DNA of 64,000 nucleotides from a bacterium (lineage in GTDB: Bacteria > SM23-31). Positions within the stretch are counted from its first letter, which is position 1. Each line of letters opens with the position of its first letter. The translations under genes and the position numbers were made by a program. The stretch lies in contig OZ252239.1 of assembly GCA_965249485.1 (NCBI GenBank), positions 128,001 to 192,000 of the forward strand. The letters run 5' to 3'. This document shows, in pieces, positions 1-10,727 of the stretch. The notes beneath the pieces were generated by a model. That model saw only the letters and a program-made list of their open reading frames with translations. It was not told where the DNA came from and did no database searches.

Positions 1-180
1 GAATGACAAGGAGGAAATAGTGTGCTCGATATAATCTCATTTTTTCACCATCTTATATGCATTATATGATATTCTCAATATCAATCTTCTGAAAGAAAAT
101 AAATTTTGGTTTGTGCTGAAATATGACACTTTTTTGAGATGTGGTATACTTGGTCAGAGCGTACTAGTATTTGGATATTA

Positions 181-209
181 ATGGTAAGGTATGCAATTAA
201 CTTTTACAA
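181..209 (-). promoter_or_regulatory. Sigma70-like promoter inside repeat A (TTGTAA-N17-TACCAT)
   Basis: Same boxes and 17-bp spacing recur at 3054-3082 and 57275-57303, with near variants in other copies. Confidence 0.6.
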
Positions 210-245
210 GTGTTTCCTGTTCCTCGGGCTGCACGATTTGTGAAC
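202..245. repeat. Repeat A copy
   Basis: ttttacaagtgtttcctgttcctcgggctgcacgatttgtgaac. Confidence 0.9.
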
Positions 246-290
246 TTTTTCAATGAAGGTTGACTACCCTTCAATAACTTAGTCACCACA

Positions 291-1916
291 CTACCATGGC
301 AAAGGCGCAATGCGGGGGAGTTTTTCATCACGCATTGCAGCATGGTACGCAAAAGTCGCCACGACCACTGCCGTCTGCATCATGCCTTCCGGAAAGAGGC
401 GTTCATATACGTCCATATTGATATGGGCGATCCAATCATCCATATCATATCTATCATGATTAAAATAAAAACCTGGCAAACCAATTGCCGTGTACGCTCT
501 ATGCGCACTTCCGCTTGTGGAAAGATGTGACATCCCAATGCTATGCAAAGGTTTTATCCATTCTGTAAATATTTCCCGGTAAACTTCGTTTTCCTGGATG
601 GAAAGAGTCCTGATTTTGCCGGGACCGATATCCTGATTGAAATATGCAACAAGATTATTATAATCCTTTTTGTATTCCTTTGTTGCCGCGTCGGCATAGT
701 TTCTGTCTACATAACTCTGGTGACCACTATCACCAGCTCCATCATGCCCACCCCACAGACCAACACGAATAGTCCTCCGCGGTTTAACCCCGATCGCCTT
801 TAAAATACGCATCGCTTCAATGGAAGTAGTTGATCCGGCAGCATCATCTATGGCACCGGTTCCATGAGGATAACTCTGAAGATGACCCCCAACCATAACT
901 ATTTCATGCACCAGGTCTGTACCGGGTATCTCGGCAATGACGTTAAAATCAGTCGGGTCGCCTCGGTATACGGTTGTCCTGATCTCGACTTCCATTTCAA
1001 CAGGAATGCCCTCTTCAAGAATATGCATGATTCGGTTATAATGTTCCACTGCCAATACCAGCTCAGTGGGCTGGGTAGGTGCATTAACTTCCCATAGCCT
1101 CTCTGTTTCGCCATTCCCGTCTATGTCCAAGTATCGAGACATTCCAGCAACGGATCCGAAATAATGAACGGAATCCGTGTGTGCAATTGCCACGGCACCC
1201 TCAGCAAATACAAAATCCATAAGTTGCTGTCTCAATACATAGGAGCCGCGGCTACGACGCTCTCTAACGACAGGGTGACCTATGGGAACTTTAGCCAACT
1301 CATCGAGCCGTTCTTCGGACCACTCTACTGGATAGCCGTTTTCATGGCAAAAGGTGCCTGCCCGGTTCCACATTTGGACACCAAAATAGGGCGAGATTTC
1401 CTGTATCGGTTCTATGAAAACGATTCGGCCCCGTAATTTTCCACGGTAATGTTCCAATTCCGCTACCGAGGTGATTTCATCAAAGTTGATGTGGATGCCA
1501 TTCGCCCGAACTTTTCCATTTGTACCGGATGACCACAGTGCGGGGAAAGCAATAAGCGGCATATAATCTGGGGATGTCATGTGCACTGAAACGTAATCAA
1601 AATCCCAGCCGTTACCAAACTCATACGGATCAAGATGTGCATTTGTGAGACCATACTCTTTGAGCCGGTCTCGAGCCCATTCTGCCGCTGCACGATACGA
1701 AGGCGTTTTCGCATACCGTCCACCAAAAATATTGGTCAGCATGTTGGCAGTCTCCATAACATCAGAATTTTTAAATTCAAAATCCATGAGCTTCTGTACT
1801 ACATCGTAATAGACTGGTTCAAAGACCGGTTTGTAACCCTGCTCTTGTGCAGATACGGAAGACACTGTCATAAGAAGTAAAAATAAACCGGCTATGAAAA
1901 CGCACTTTGTGTTCAT
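291..1916 (-). CDS. Secreted M28-family (carboxypeptidase Q-like) peptidase with atypical metal-site motifs
   Basis: Signal peptide; NVIAEIPG..GGHLQS..GTGAIDDAAG..PRRTIRV.LWGG pattern; C-terminal HINMDVYERL. Confidence 0.85.
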   Translation of the reverse strand: MNTKCVFIAGLFLLLMTVSSVSAQEQGYKPVFEPVYYDVVQKLMDFEFKNSDVMETANMLTNIFGGRYAKTPSYRAAAEWARDRLKEYGLTNAHLDPYEFGNGWDFDYVSVHMTSPDYMPLIAFPALWSSGTNGKVRANGIHINFDEITSVAELEHYRGKLRGRIVFIEPIQEISPYFGVQMWNRAGTFCHENGYPVEWSEERLDELAKVPIGHPVVRERRSRGSYVLRQQLMDFVFAEGAVAIAHTDSVHYFGSVAGMSRYLDIDGNGETERLWEVNAPTQPTELVLAVEHYNRIMHILEEGIPVEMEVEIRTTVYRGDPTDFNVIAEIPGTDLVHEIVMVGGHLQSYPHGTGAIDDAAGSTTSIEAMRILKAIGVKPRRTIRVGLWGGHDGAGDSGHQSYVDRNYADAATKEYKKDYNNLVAYFNQDIGPGKIRTLSIQENEVYREIFTEWIKPLHSIGMSHLSTSGSAHRAYTAIGLPGFYFNHDRYDMDDWIAHINMDVYERLFPEGMMQTAVVVATFAYHAAMRDEKLPRIAPLPW

Positions 1917-2022
1917 AATCCCTCCTGATATACGTTCAAATCTTAAAAAGAGCTTAAGTATAGGTATGTGTTAAATTTTAGCTAAAATTCATTATTCGAG
2001 GGACAAAATAAATATAACACCG

Positions 2023-2919
2023 TTAAATACCAAACAACTCGCTGAGCAGTGAGCTACCTGGTGACACCATAATTTTTGAAACGGTCTGTTCATAAACTTC
2101 GTATAACTGAGGCATTTTTTCCTTCAGTTCGGCTCTATTTCTTATCGTCCATTCTGTTCCATTCGAGCCAAAGACCTCCTGGAGGTCCCATGCAGTGAAA
2201 ATGATCCAGTATCCGAATTCTTGAAGTGAGACCCGTATTCGGCGTTCTTCATCTTCGATCCGGTCGTAGGAACTTATGTCATAATAACCTTTTTCGACCG
2301 CCTCCAGCATAAACTGATAGAGCTTCGATTCGGTCGTAACAGCCCATTCCTCGGGAAATGCATAATGAAGTCCTACGTCATTCGCATAGTGTAAGATATG
2401 TTCAACTACTTCTACCACCTGATCTCTATCTCCAACTTCATATTCCATTATTACATCGCATACACTGTTCTGACTTCTTGTAACATTCCACGCCGCCTGA
2501 CCTTCGGGAGAAGTGATACGATCACTTCCTTTATAGAGAGGAATCAATGCATTGTACTCATACATATTCCTGATAAATTCCTCCTGAAGTGCACTGTCGA
2601 TAGAGCCGCCCTGCGGAAAAATCTCAGTGATTGTCTGAGCGACTCTCAGCATAAAGTCATCTGTAATGTCATCCCGGCCAACCAGGGTATAGCCATAAAC
2701 CGTGACTTTTTTTGTGAATGGCGGGTATTCGTCTGTAGGGACGATGACAGTATTTAAATACAGATTAGCTGGTGCTGCGGTTGCTCGTGCAAGCATGATA
2801 CATCCCCCATAATGGGTCTTTGCTGTATCAGTCGATACTGATTCAGCAGTTTCTGAACTACAAAAACTCAGAAATAAAGTCAAAGAAAGGATTACACAAA
2901 AAACAGGTCGAATAGACAT
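2023..2919 (-). CDS. Exported zincin-like hypothetical protein (EVVEHILH family)
   Basis: Signal/lipoprotein-like N-terminus; clear paralog of 11990 and 35077. Confidence 0.6.
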   Translation of the reverse strand: MSIRPVFCVILSLTLFLSFCSSETAESVSTDTAKTHYGGCIMLARATAAPANLYLNTVIVPTDEYPPFTKKVTVYGYTLVGRDDITDDFMLRVAQTITEIFPQGGSIDSALQEEFIRNMYEYNALIPLYKGSDRITSPEGQAAWNVTRSQNSVCDVIMEYEVGDRDQVVEVVEHILHYANDVGLHYAFPEEWAVTTESKLYQFMLEAVEKGYYDISSYDRIEDEERRIRVSLQEFGYWIIFTAWDLQEVFGSNGTEWTIRNRAELKEKMPQLYEVYEQTVSKIMVSPGSSLLSELFGI

Positions 2920-3074
2920 AATTGAGCTCCTTTATTTAATATATATTCTCTAATCAATTCTTAAAAAGATCTTAATTAACAGGTATGTGTTTAATGAAGA
3001 CAAATATGAAAATGTGATATACGTGGTCAGAGTGTACTAGTACTTGGATATATATGGTAAGGTATGTAATTTGC

Positions 3075-3117
3075 TTTTACAAGTGTTTTCTGGTCCCCAG
3101 GCTGTATGATTTGCGAA
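3075..3117. repeat. Repeat A copy
   Basis: ttttacaagtgttttctggtccccaggctgtatgatttgcgaa. Confidence 0.85.
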
Positions 3118-3146
3118 GTTTTAAAGTTGAATTTCAGCCATACATT

Positions 3147-3983
3147 TTACGGATATGTTTGAATCTCAAATGTCTGAGCACTGTAATTCCCATCTGGCAG
3201 CGCGATAGGTAACATATACTCTGGATTGGTAAGCAACGCATAAATAGTAGGGTCACCGGATTGCACTTTCTCTTTCGTTCTCAAAGTCCATTGATCTCCT
3301 CCCCTGTTTAAATTCCCGGGATAATCTTGTCCTCCGAGTATCGATGTTAAACCCCAGTGAATATATTCAGAAATCTGGCATCTATAATGACATGTTTCGT
3401 CATAATAGGTATACCAGGCATCTTCAGGATATTGCTCTGGTACATTAATAAAATGTCCTCCTCTCGCTTCGTCCAATGCTTTAGTAATCTCGGTTACACC
3501 TTCTCTGCCAAATACTGATGGGTATGCACCAGCCCATCCATAGTCAGTTATCAAGTGAAGGACTTCTTCAAGTGCTTCGTCATATAAACCATTAGTTCCA
3601 AGCGGGCGTATATTATCAGTCCAGACATTTTGCCAGTTGCTAAATGGGACATCAATTGCCTGTAAATCTGCACTATTCTTTGCAGCAATCAGAGTAGCAT
3701 CCCTGTTCACCATCGCATCGACGATTGCCTGGCTGTCTGGCACACCATCCTCGTCATTATCCAGATATTCAGCCAGAACATTTGCGGCGTGGTGCACTTT
3801 GTCATCTCCGGTATTATTTGTTGCATAAATGTGGATTCCAAATACTATAACATGTTTGGTAATTGCCGATGTATTGAAGCTACCATTGCTATTGCTAATC
3901 GCATTTTCTTCTTCACAATTGGTAAACATAAGACTTATGATTACCAGCCATATCGATACAATGGATTTCATGCTGATCTCCAA
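3147..3983 (-). CDS. Lipoprotein with zincin-like LEEVLH motif
   Basis: Lipobox-like FTNC; EEVLHLIT followed by a later SEY. Confidence 0.55.
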   Translation of the reverse strand: MEISMKSIVSIWLVIISLMFTNCEEENAISNSNGSFNTSAITKHVIVFGIHIYATNNTGDDKVHHAANVLAEYLDNDEDGVPDSQAIVDAMVNRDATLIAAKNSADLQAIDVPFSNWQNVWTDNIRPLGTNGLYDEALEEVLHLITDYGWAGAYPSVFGREGVTEITKALDEARGGHFINVPEQYPEDAWYTYYDETCHYRCQISEYIHWGLTSILGGQDYPGNLNRGGDQWTLRTKEKVQSGDPTIYALLTNPEYMLPIALPDGNYSAQTFEIQTYP

Positions 3984-4144
3984 AAGTCAATTTTTAATAT
4001 TAATTTCACATGATTCATTTAAAAAACTGCCTGACATTTAAAGAGCATTAAACAAACTGCGCGCTAATACTTCTGCAGGTAACCGCCGTATACTCCTTCT
4101 TCTCCAATCAAGCTGTATTCAATTGGATAAGGAAACCTGGAGCA

Positions 4145-5623
4145 TCAATTAGGAAATGCTGACAGGATAAACTCTGCGATGTCGTTTTTCATCTTAACCA
4201 GGGACGGTTTGTTTATATACATCATATGGCCGGCTTCATAGTAAGCGAGCGTGATACGCTCCCGTAGTTCTGGATTGAAGTCGAATTGAGTAAATGAAAA
4301 TTCCGCCCAATAATAAAACTTATCGTAGTAACCGTCTGCCACCATCACTTTAAGATGCATATTCTGAGCCATTGCATTGCGCAAGGTTTTCAAAATATCC
4401 AGCGAAGGGGCAGGATTCCATGGACGAACTTTTGCGGAGACTTCGTATTTTAGATCTGTCTCATATTCAAGTTCTTTCTGGATATAACTATTGATTGTTG
4501 CCTTGAAAGCACCACTAATCGAAGCACTTGCAGGATCGAATTCATATAGTTCACCGGCGGCATCTGAATCGATTCCTGTAAACCTGCTGTCCATGGTTCC
4601 TATGGTACGGTTCTCTCCACGAAGCAGCTCTTTCCTGAAGCGATCATGCCTGATACGCAAGTGTGCACTCTTGATGTAACTCGGGGAAAGACCTGTGTAT
4701 CGGGACAGTTTCCGGACAATTGTCTCTATTTCATTATCAGAAAGCCGGTTTCCCTTTAACAACACCAAGGCATATTCATTAAGTGCAAACGCCTCAACTT
4801 CATCGAGCACTAAGCGCAATGGTTTGTCTTGAAGGTCTGAGGCAATTTTCTTGTGGTACCAGGCTGTAGCAGCGTAATATGGAAGGTACAACGCATATTC
4901 CATAATCCCGGCGTTAACATAATCCATTACGGTTTTTCCGGTAGATACAAGTATAATTCCGTTTAAATAGATTCCCACGTTATTTTGAAGATGCCCTGAT
5001 AATCCTGCTGCACGCCGAGCCCCATAACTCTCACCGAGAAGGAATTTAGGAGAATCCCATCGTTTGTATCTCGTGATGTATAAGCGGATGAAGTCGCCCA
5101 CTGACACCATATCCTCAATGAGACCATGGAACTTTTTTGGGTCAATGTCAGAGACTGCCCTGCTGTATCCGGTAGATACCGGGTCAATGAATACAAGATC
5201 GGCAACATCCAGGATAGAGTATTCGTTGTTAACGAGTTTGTACGGGGGCGGAAAGCCAAATCCTTTGTCGTCAAGAAAAACTCTCCTTGGACCTAACAAT
5301 CCCAGGTGCAGCCAAACCGATGCTGCGCCAGGTCCGCCGTTGAACGAAAAAAGTAGCGGGCGTTTACTTATATCATTAACGCCATCTTTGGTATAAGCAA
5401 TAAAGAATATGTTTGCTAACGTTTTGCCTTTTTCATCAGTGAGGGGGATCGTTCCAGCCGTTGCTGTGTACTGGAGCATATTCCCCGCTATTTCGACTTT
5501 GTGATGAGTGGTCGACGCATTAGCATTCTCTTCCGGGTGGGTGGCTTCTTGGGCCTTCAAGTTGGAACTGTTCAAGATGATAAAGAAGGTTATAAAAATA
5601 TAGCCGATCTTATTCAATTTCAT
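4145..5623 (-). CDS. S10 family serine carboxypeptidase
   Basis: FNGGPG, DPVSTGYS, GESYG nucleophile motif, EAGHMMY. Confidence 0.92.
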   Translation of the reverse strand: MKLNKIGYIFITFFIILNSSNLKAQEATHPEENANASTTHHKVEIAGNMLQYTATAGTIPLTDEKGKTLANIFFIAYTKDGVNDISKRPLLFSFNGGPGAASVWLHLGLLGPRRVFLDDKGFGFPPPYKLVNNEYSILDVADLVFIDPVSTGYSRAVSDIDPKKFHGLIEDMVSVGDFIRLYITRYKRWDSPKFLLGESYGARRAAGLSGHLQNNVGIYLNGIILVSTGKTVMDYVNAGIMEYALYLPYYAATAWYHKKIASDLQDKPLRLVLDEVEAFALNEYALVLLKGNRLSDNEIETIVRKLSRYTGLSPSYIKSAHLRIRHDRFRKELLRGENRTIGTMDSRFTGIDSDAAGELYEFDPASASISGAFKATINSYIQKELEYETDLKYEVSAKVRPWNPAPSLDILKTLRNAMAQNMHLKVMVADGYYDKFYYWAEFSFTQFDFNPELRERITLAYYEAGHMMYINKPSLVKMKNDIAEFILSAFPN

Positions 5624-6195
5624 ATTGTTTTTCCTCCGAGCGTTTTATTTTAAATTGATATCCCCATATCAACCCGCTGAAAGAGATCAATATGGATTTA
5701 AAGAGGCTTTATGACAGGCATCCCGAAAAGTATTCAGATGCTGAAGATCAGTCATTTTTACAAAGCAGACCCCGAATATTGCTCACAAATCGCGAAAGGT
5801 CTCGATATCAGCACCGACGAAACAAAGGGATAACGTATGGGCGTTTTTTATCAAAAGTTTTGCAATCATATAAACGTATCTAAGAAGGTAGATTCCGGAT
5901 TATCCGTTAGCTCCAAAGAACAGGCGTAATACGAGGAAAAAGCTATGTCGAAGGTGTAAGCTGTCCTTAAGGAAGAATGAAAAAAGTAATAGAATGGGCA
6001 CCGGTGAATTATTTTAACCCAGCGCCTATTATATACTTCTTGTCACTGATGGCTGCCTACTGTACATCGTCAGAACATGTGTTCGGAAAAATTGATAAAC
6101 ACGACAGAGATAGATACAAACTGCACTACCAATTTGTATGCATTTAATAGTTTATTACAACAATGTATAGAGAAAATTTCAATAGTATACGTGTG

Positions 6196-7860
6196 TTAAT
6201 CCAATTCTGCAACAAGATCCTCACTCAGCATCGAGGGAGCCCAGTATTTCTCGATATATTCAACCATTAACCGTGTCCCTTCGTCATGACTGACATATGG
6301 ATAATTTTGAGGGTCGTACATCGAATCGGTCATATCACGCACCAAGACGCAATTTATTCCCCAGGCTTTCATTTGTCGTAACGTGAAAGAACGTGTCAAA
6401 ATGCAATAATTGGTATGCACGCCCATAACAATAAGGTTTTTGATTCCTTGCTGCTGGTAAAAGTTGTACGTTTCAACCCCGCTGTCCGAAATGCCGTCGT
6501 ACTCACCGATATCGATAAGAGAAATTTGACGTGTCCATGCACCATAGCCAATGTCGCCGTCAACCTCGCATTCATCTTCATCTTCAATAGGTTTGGGATA
6601 TTCAGAAAAATCATCTGAAAGTTCGTCAGCTATGAGCGGAGAAGGCTTTGGTACATCCGGTGCATTTATCATTCGTATTCTTTGAGGCCAGTCATCGTAA
6701 AAACTCATCGTTCCGCTCGGAGCATGAATTATTTGAATGCCTTTTTCCCGTGCTTGTTTGAGGACGGGATTCATCCTTATAGCCAATTCCCTGACTCTCT
6801 CCGAGGAAGCTGAGCACCAGTGTTGATCCCACATATCACAAATTATAATTGCCGTCTCGGAAATTTTCCAGTTCTTTTCTAATGCCAGTTCCTGCCAAGT
6901 ATCGTTTCCGTTCGTGACCTCTTTACGGCTTCTCATAACCAGATTCATTTCTCCGGTTGGCATTGGCCTTTGTTTCGGCTCAGGCCTCTCTTTATACTCG
7001 GGCTCACGGTTACCAGTCCAGAAAAGGGCATTGGTCACCAGCTTTTTGTATGTTGAGCTTTTCCAATCCTGAAGCCCGCCAATTGCAATATAACATATTC
7101 TGGCGCCATTAAAGGTCCGCACCCATACCGACGGTTCCGATATGTCATATTCCCTGTTATAATAGAGTAACGGCCCGTCTTGATTAGACACATCTTTATT
7201 TGGTATATAACCGGTCATTAATGCCTGAACATCAGGTGCCACAGGACCTGTTTTATACAGGCTATACCGTGAAGTTAAATTTTTAATACCTTTTAACACG
7301 GGATGATTCTCCGCGCCCGGTTCAATCCTAATTCTCTGAGTAAATCCTGTAATAACACCTTCCGGATCGGGAATACGGTTCCCATTTACATCTTGTACCG
7401 GCTGTTCAGGAGCTCCTTCATAATGATCATTATAGTTGCCACCAAGAACGAGCTTATCAAACTCCAACCAGTTCTGAAGTCCGTGGCTCGCCGTCCGGAT
7501 TGCGACCAGCGGCCTGCCGGAAGTTATATAGTTTTTCACGGCTTCCAACTGTTCCCCATCAATCGTAATACGGCGTGTAAATAATAACAGAACATCACAA
7601 TCATCAAGCGCTTCAAGCCCCTGTAGGTTGGAATATTCACCTTTAAAATTAATTTCGCCGTCTGCCTGGAGCATTGTGACCCGGACATTCTCAACAGTCT
7701 CTTCGAGATAGTTCTTGTAATCATTGAGTGATATATCTGAAAAATACTCGTTAGAGCCGGAAATAAATACAATCTTATATGGATCGGATTGACCGCATGT
7801 AAGCAGGATCGAGCAGCAAAATAAAATCGTAAAGAGTATTGAGGACAATTTCTTCATCAT
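6196..7860 (-). CDS. ThuA-like domain fused to isochorismatase-like hydrolase (lipoprotein)
   Basis: IRTASHG and WVRT in the N-terminal half; ICDMWD.HWC, GVHTNYC and VRDMTD in the C-terminal half. Confidence 0.8.
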   Translation of the reverse strand: MMKKLSSILFTILFCCSILLTCGQSDPYKIVFISGSNEYFSDISLNDYKNYLEETVENVRVTMLQADGEINFKGEYSNLQGLEALDDCDVLLLFTRRITIDGEQLEAVKNYITSGRPLVAIRTASHGLQNWLEFDKLVLGGNYNDHYEGAPEQPVQDVNGNRIPDPEGVITGFTQRIRIEPGAENHPVLKGIKNLTSRYSLYKTGPVAPDVQALMTGYIPNKDVSNQDGPLLYYNREYDISEPSVWVRTFNGARICYIAIGGLQDWKSSTYKKLVTNALFWTGNREPEYKERPEPKQRPMPTGEMNLVMRSRKEVTNGNDTWQELALEKNWKISETAIIICDMWDQHWCSASSERVRELAIRMNPVLKQAREKGIQIIHAPSGTMSFYDDWPQRIRMINAPDVPKPSPLIADELSDDFSEYPKPIEDEDECEVDGDIGYGAWTRQISLIDIGEYDGISDSGVETYNFYQQQGIKNLIVMGVHTNYCILTRSFTLRQMKAWGINCVLVRDMTDSMYDPQNYPYVSHDEGTRLMVEYIEKYWAPSMLSEDLVAELD

Positions 7861-8237
7861 TATTCCTTCCTTTAAAATATGATAGAGATTTGCAGAAAAA
7901 TTTATCGCTTGGACGTTGGCTTATGTAACGTATTATATTGTAAATAAACAATACTGACCGGAGAATGTTTGCCGCCCGGACAATCGCATTTCCTTTTGCA
8001 ATACCCCCCCGATCAATCATGCGCTCCGAATATCTCCAACTCAATCAAATAGTTCTTTTTATTTATTAAAATTTTTCGATTATCAACGGGAGAAAGTATC
8101 TTTTCCAGTTCCAAGGATCCAGGTTTTCGATGGTGACCATCTCGAAAACCATAAAATATGAGAACAGGTGGAATTGTTGGTACGTCGTTAGAGCATGATG
8201 GTATAGTATTGTTAAATTTAAGAAGTACATTGAGCTG

Positions 8238-8280
8238 TTACAAGTGTTTCCTACTCATTGGGCTGTACAATCTGCGAAAC
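8238..8280. repeat. Repeat A copy
   Basis: ttacaagtgtttcctactcattgggctgtacaatctgcgaaac. Confidence 0.8.
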
Positions 8281-8342
8281 TTCAATAATTATCTATATTA
8301 AGTATATTTAGAAGTTTAATTATCAACTCCTAATTCATATTT

Positions 8343-8582
8343 CTATTGTATCTCCTCTTTAAGTTTATCAATTGCTTGTTGAGGAATGTTATGACCTGCT
8401 TTTTTATGTTCTTCAATATGAGAAAGTACTTCAACTGCAGTATCAAAATGTTTGTTTTCATAAACATCTTTATCATCAAGTGCTTTAATTGGCTCGGTTA
8501 GTCTGCAATAACAACAAACTCTAATATTATCAGCTGCTTTATATATATGAACATCACCTTCTTTAAATGTACAATAAGCCAT
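8343..8582 (-). CDS. Small hypothetical protein with Cys/His cluster
   Basis: 79 aa ORF just downstream of the aconitase, with RBS-like GAGGA. Confidence 0.55.
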   Translation of the reverse strand: MAYCTFKEGDVHIYKAADNIRVCCYCRLTEPIKALDDKDVYENKHFDTAVEVLSHIEEHKKAGHNIPQQAIDKLKEEIQ

Positions 8583-8606
8583 TACTATTCCTCAATTCTC
8601 TTATTT

Positions 8607-10541
8607 TTACTGCGATTTCTTGAAGATGTTAATCAAACTCCCCTCAAGGACCATTTCCACCTGATAATTGCTCAGAGCATGCCTGGTATCGTATGTTGCA
8701 TTTTTGGTCTGGTTTATAACTTGTACTTTATTTCCATTTTGAATTACGTCTCGTACATCCTGAATTTTCAAATTATCATCCCTGTCAATTGTTTTATAAT
8801 CTTCTGGATTGTTAAATGTTAGTGGAAGAACACCGAAATTTGCAAGATTCTGCCAATGAATCCGCGCAAAGCTCTTAGCGATTACAGCCTTAACACCGAT
8901 ATAACGCGGTGCAATTACCGCATGTTCTCGGCTTGAACCTTGTCCGTAATTGCTTCCCCCGACGATAATTGAACCAGTATCTCGTAATTTAAACGCTCTA
9001 TCATAATAAGTCTCATCTACTTGACCGTATGTAAATTTACTGATTTCCGGAATATTACTCCTGAACGGCAGCACTTTTGTGCCGGCAGGAAGAATGTCAT
9101 CTGTTGAAATGTTGTCACCTACCTTTAAGAGTACAGGACATTCAAGTACAAGAGGAAGCGGATCAAACAGCGGAAACGGTTTAATATTGGGGCCCTTTTC
9201 AAGTGTGACTTTTTCACCGTCATCTGACGGAGCAAGGAGCGTATGAGTGTTGATAACGATTTCGTCAGGCTCTGTAAAGTGCGGGTAGTCCATATCCAAA
9301 GTTCGCGGATCGGTAATCACTCCTCTCAATGCGGAAGCGGCTGCCGTTTCCGGACTGCAAAGATAAACCTGGTCTTCTTTTGTTCCCGATCTTCCCAGAA
9401 AATTCCTGGGTACTGTCCGCAGGCTTATTTTGCCTGTAGCGGGGGCCTGGCCCATACCGATACAGCCGTTGCATCCCGCCTGGTGTATACGGGCGCCGGC
9501 ATGGAGCAGTTTCTGAAGATAGCCATGGTTTATCAAATTTTCCTGTATTTGACGTGAAGAGGGATTAACATCCAATGATACCCGGTCATGCACTTGCTTG
9601 CCATCGATGATAAGAGCTGAGATTGCAAAGTCCCTGAATCCAGGATTTGCCGACGATCCAATCATGGATTGATAAATCTCTTTTCCGGCAACTTCCCGCA
9701 CCGGTACGACATTTCCCGGGCTGCTTGGACAAGCAATCAGCGGTTCTAAATCGTTGAGGACAATTTCTTCATGTTCGTCATATTCGGCATCCTGATCTGC
9801 AATCAATTCCGTCCATACGTCTTCACGTTTATTTATCCTGAGAAATTTTCTGACAACCTCATCCGATGGAAATACCGAAGTCGTCGCACCGAGTTCAGCA
9901 CCCATATTAGCAATAACATGTCGATCCATTGCCGAAAGATTCTCAATGCCCGGACCATAATATTCAATTATTTTACCGACTCCTCCTTGTACATCATAGC
10001 GACGCAGCATCTCGAGGATCACGTCCTTCGCACTTACCCATTCAGGAAGTGAACCGGTTACTTTCACACCCCAAATCTTCGGCATCGTGACATAAAACGG
10101 TTTCCCTGCTATTGCCATTGCGACAGCCAATCCACCGGCTCCCATCGCCAGCATACCTAATGACCCGGCAGCACAGGTATGGCTATCAGACCCGAGAAGT
10201 GTTTTACCCGGTGCGCCAAAATGTTCCATATGAACCGGGTGACTCACACCATTACCCGCTCTGCTAAACCAGAGTCCGAATTTTTTACACGCACTCTGTA
10301 GAAAAAGATGATCATCCGGATTTTTAAAGTCGGATTGAATTACGTTGTGATCTACGTATTGTGCGGAAATTTCGCTTTGTGCCTTCTTAAGACCCATTGC
10401 CTCCAGTTCTAACATTACCATTGTACCTGTGGCATCTTGTGTTAATGTCTGATCGATCTTCAGGCCAATCTCTTCTCCCGGAAACATCTCTCCTTCTACA
10501 AGGTGAGATTGTATCAATTTCTGTGTTACATTTTTTCCCAT
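8607..10541 (-). CDS. Aconitate hydratase (~640 aa type)
   Basis: TQDATGT, DSHT, GSSAN, CNGCIG, RNF.GR, ISTDDI, GQGSSREHA. Confidence 0.93.
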   Translation of the reverse strand: MGKNVTQKLIQSHLVEGEMFPGEEIGLKIDQTLTQDATGTMVMLELEAMGLKKAQSEISAQYVDHNVIQSDFKNPDDHLFLQSACKKFGLWFSRAGNGVSHPVHMEHFGAPGKTLLGSDSHTCAAGSLGMLAMGAGGLAVAMAIAGKPFYVTMPKIWGVKVTGSLPEWVSAKDVILEMLRRYDVQGGVGKIIEYYGPGIENLSAMDRHVIANMGAELGATTSVFPSDEVVRKFLRINKREDVWTELIADQDAEYDEHEEIVLNDLEPLIACPSSPGNVVPVREVAGKEIYQSMIGSSANPGFRDFAISALIIDGKQVHDRVSLDVNPSSRQIQENLINHGYLQKLLHAGARIHQAGCNGCIGMGQAPATGKISLRTVPRNFLGRSGTKEDQVYLCSPETAAASALRGVITDPRTLDMDYPHFTEPDEIVINTHTLLAPSDDGEKVTLEKGPNIKPFPLFDPLPLVLECPVLLKVGDNISTDDILPAGTKVLPFRSNIPEISKFTYGQVDETYYDRAFKLRDTGSIIVGGSNYGQGSSREHAVIAPRYIGVKAVIAKSFARIHWQNLANFGVLPLTFNNPEDYKTIDRDDNLKIQDVRDVIQNGNKVQVINQTKNATYDTRHALSNYQVEMVLEGSLINIFKKSQ

Positions 10542-10610
10542 AAGAATTACTCCCCAACTTATATTAAATGTCAGTTTCGGTACACTTTAATATAAACAGT
10601 AAAATGTAAT

Positions 10611-10641
10611 ATTTTCTCACTGGGCTGCACGATTTACGAAC
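10611..10641. repeat. Repeat A copy (short)
   Basis: attttctcactgggctgcacgatttacgaac. Confidence 0.75.
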
Positions 10642-10727
10642 ATTGAGGCAATTAAGCAGATATGCTTAATTAGGAGAAAAAATGAATAATACTGCAACAT
10701 ATATAAATTATTTAATTCGATTTAAAA

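Noticed and set aside
5692..6190. Long intergenic stretch as a possible riboswitch or ncRNA
   Set aside because: Beyond partial leader-module blocks I could not recognise any family or convincing structure by eye
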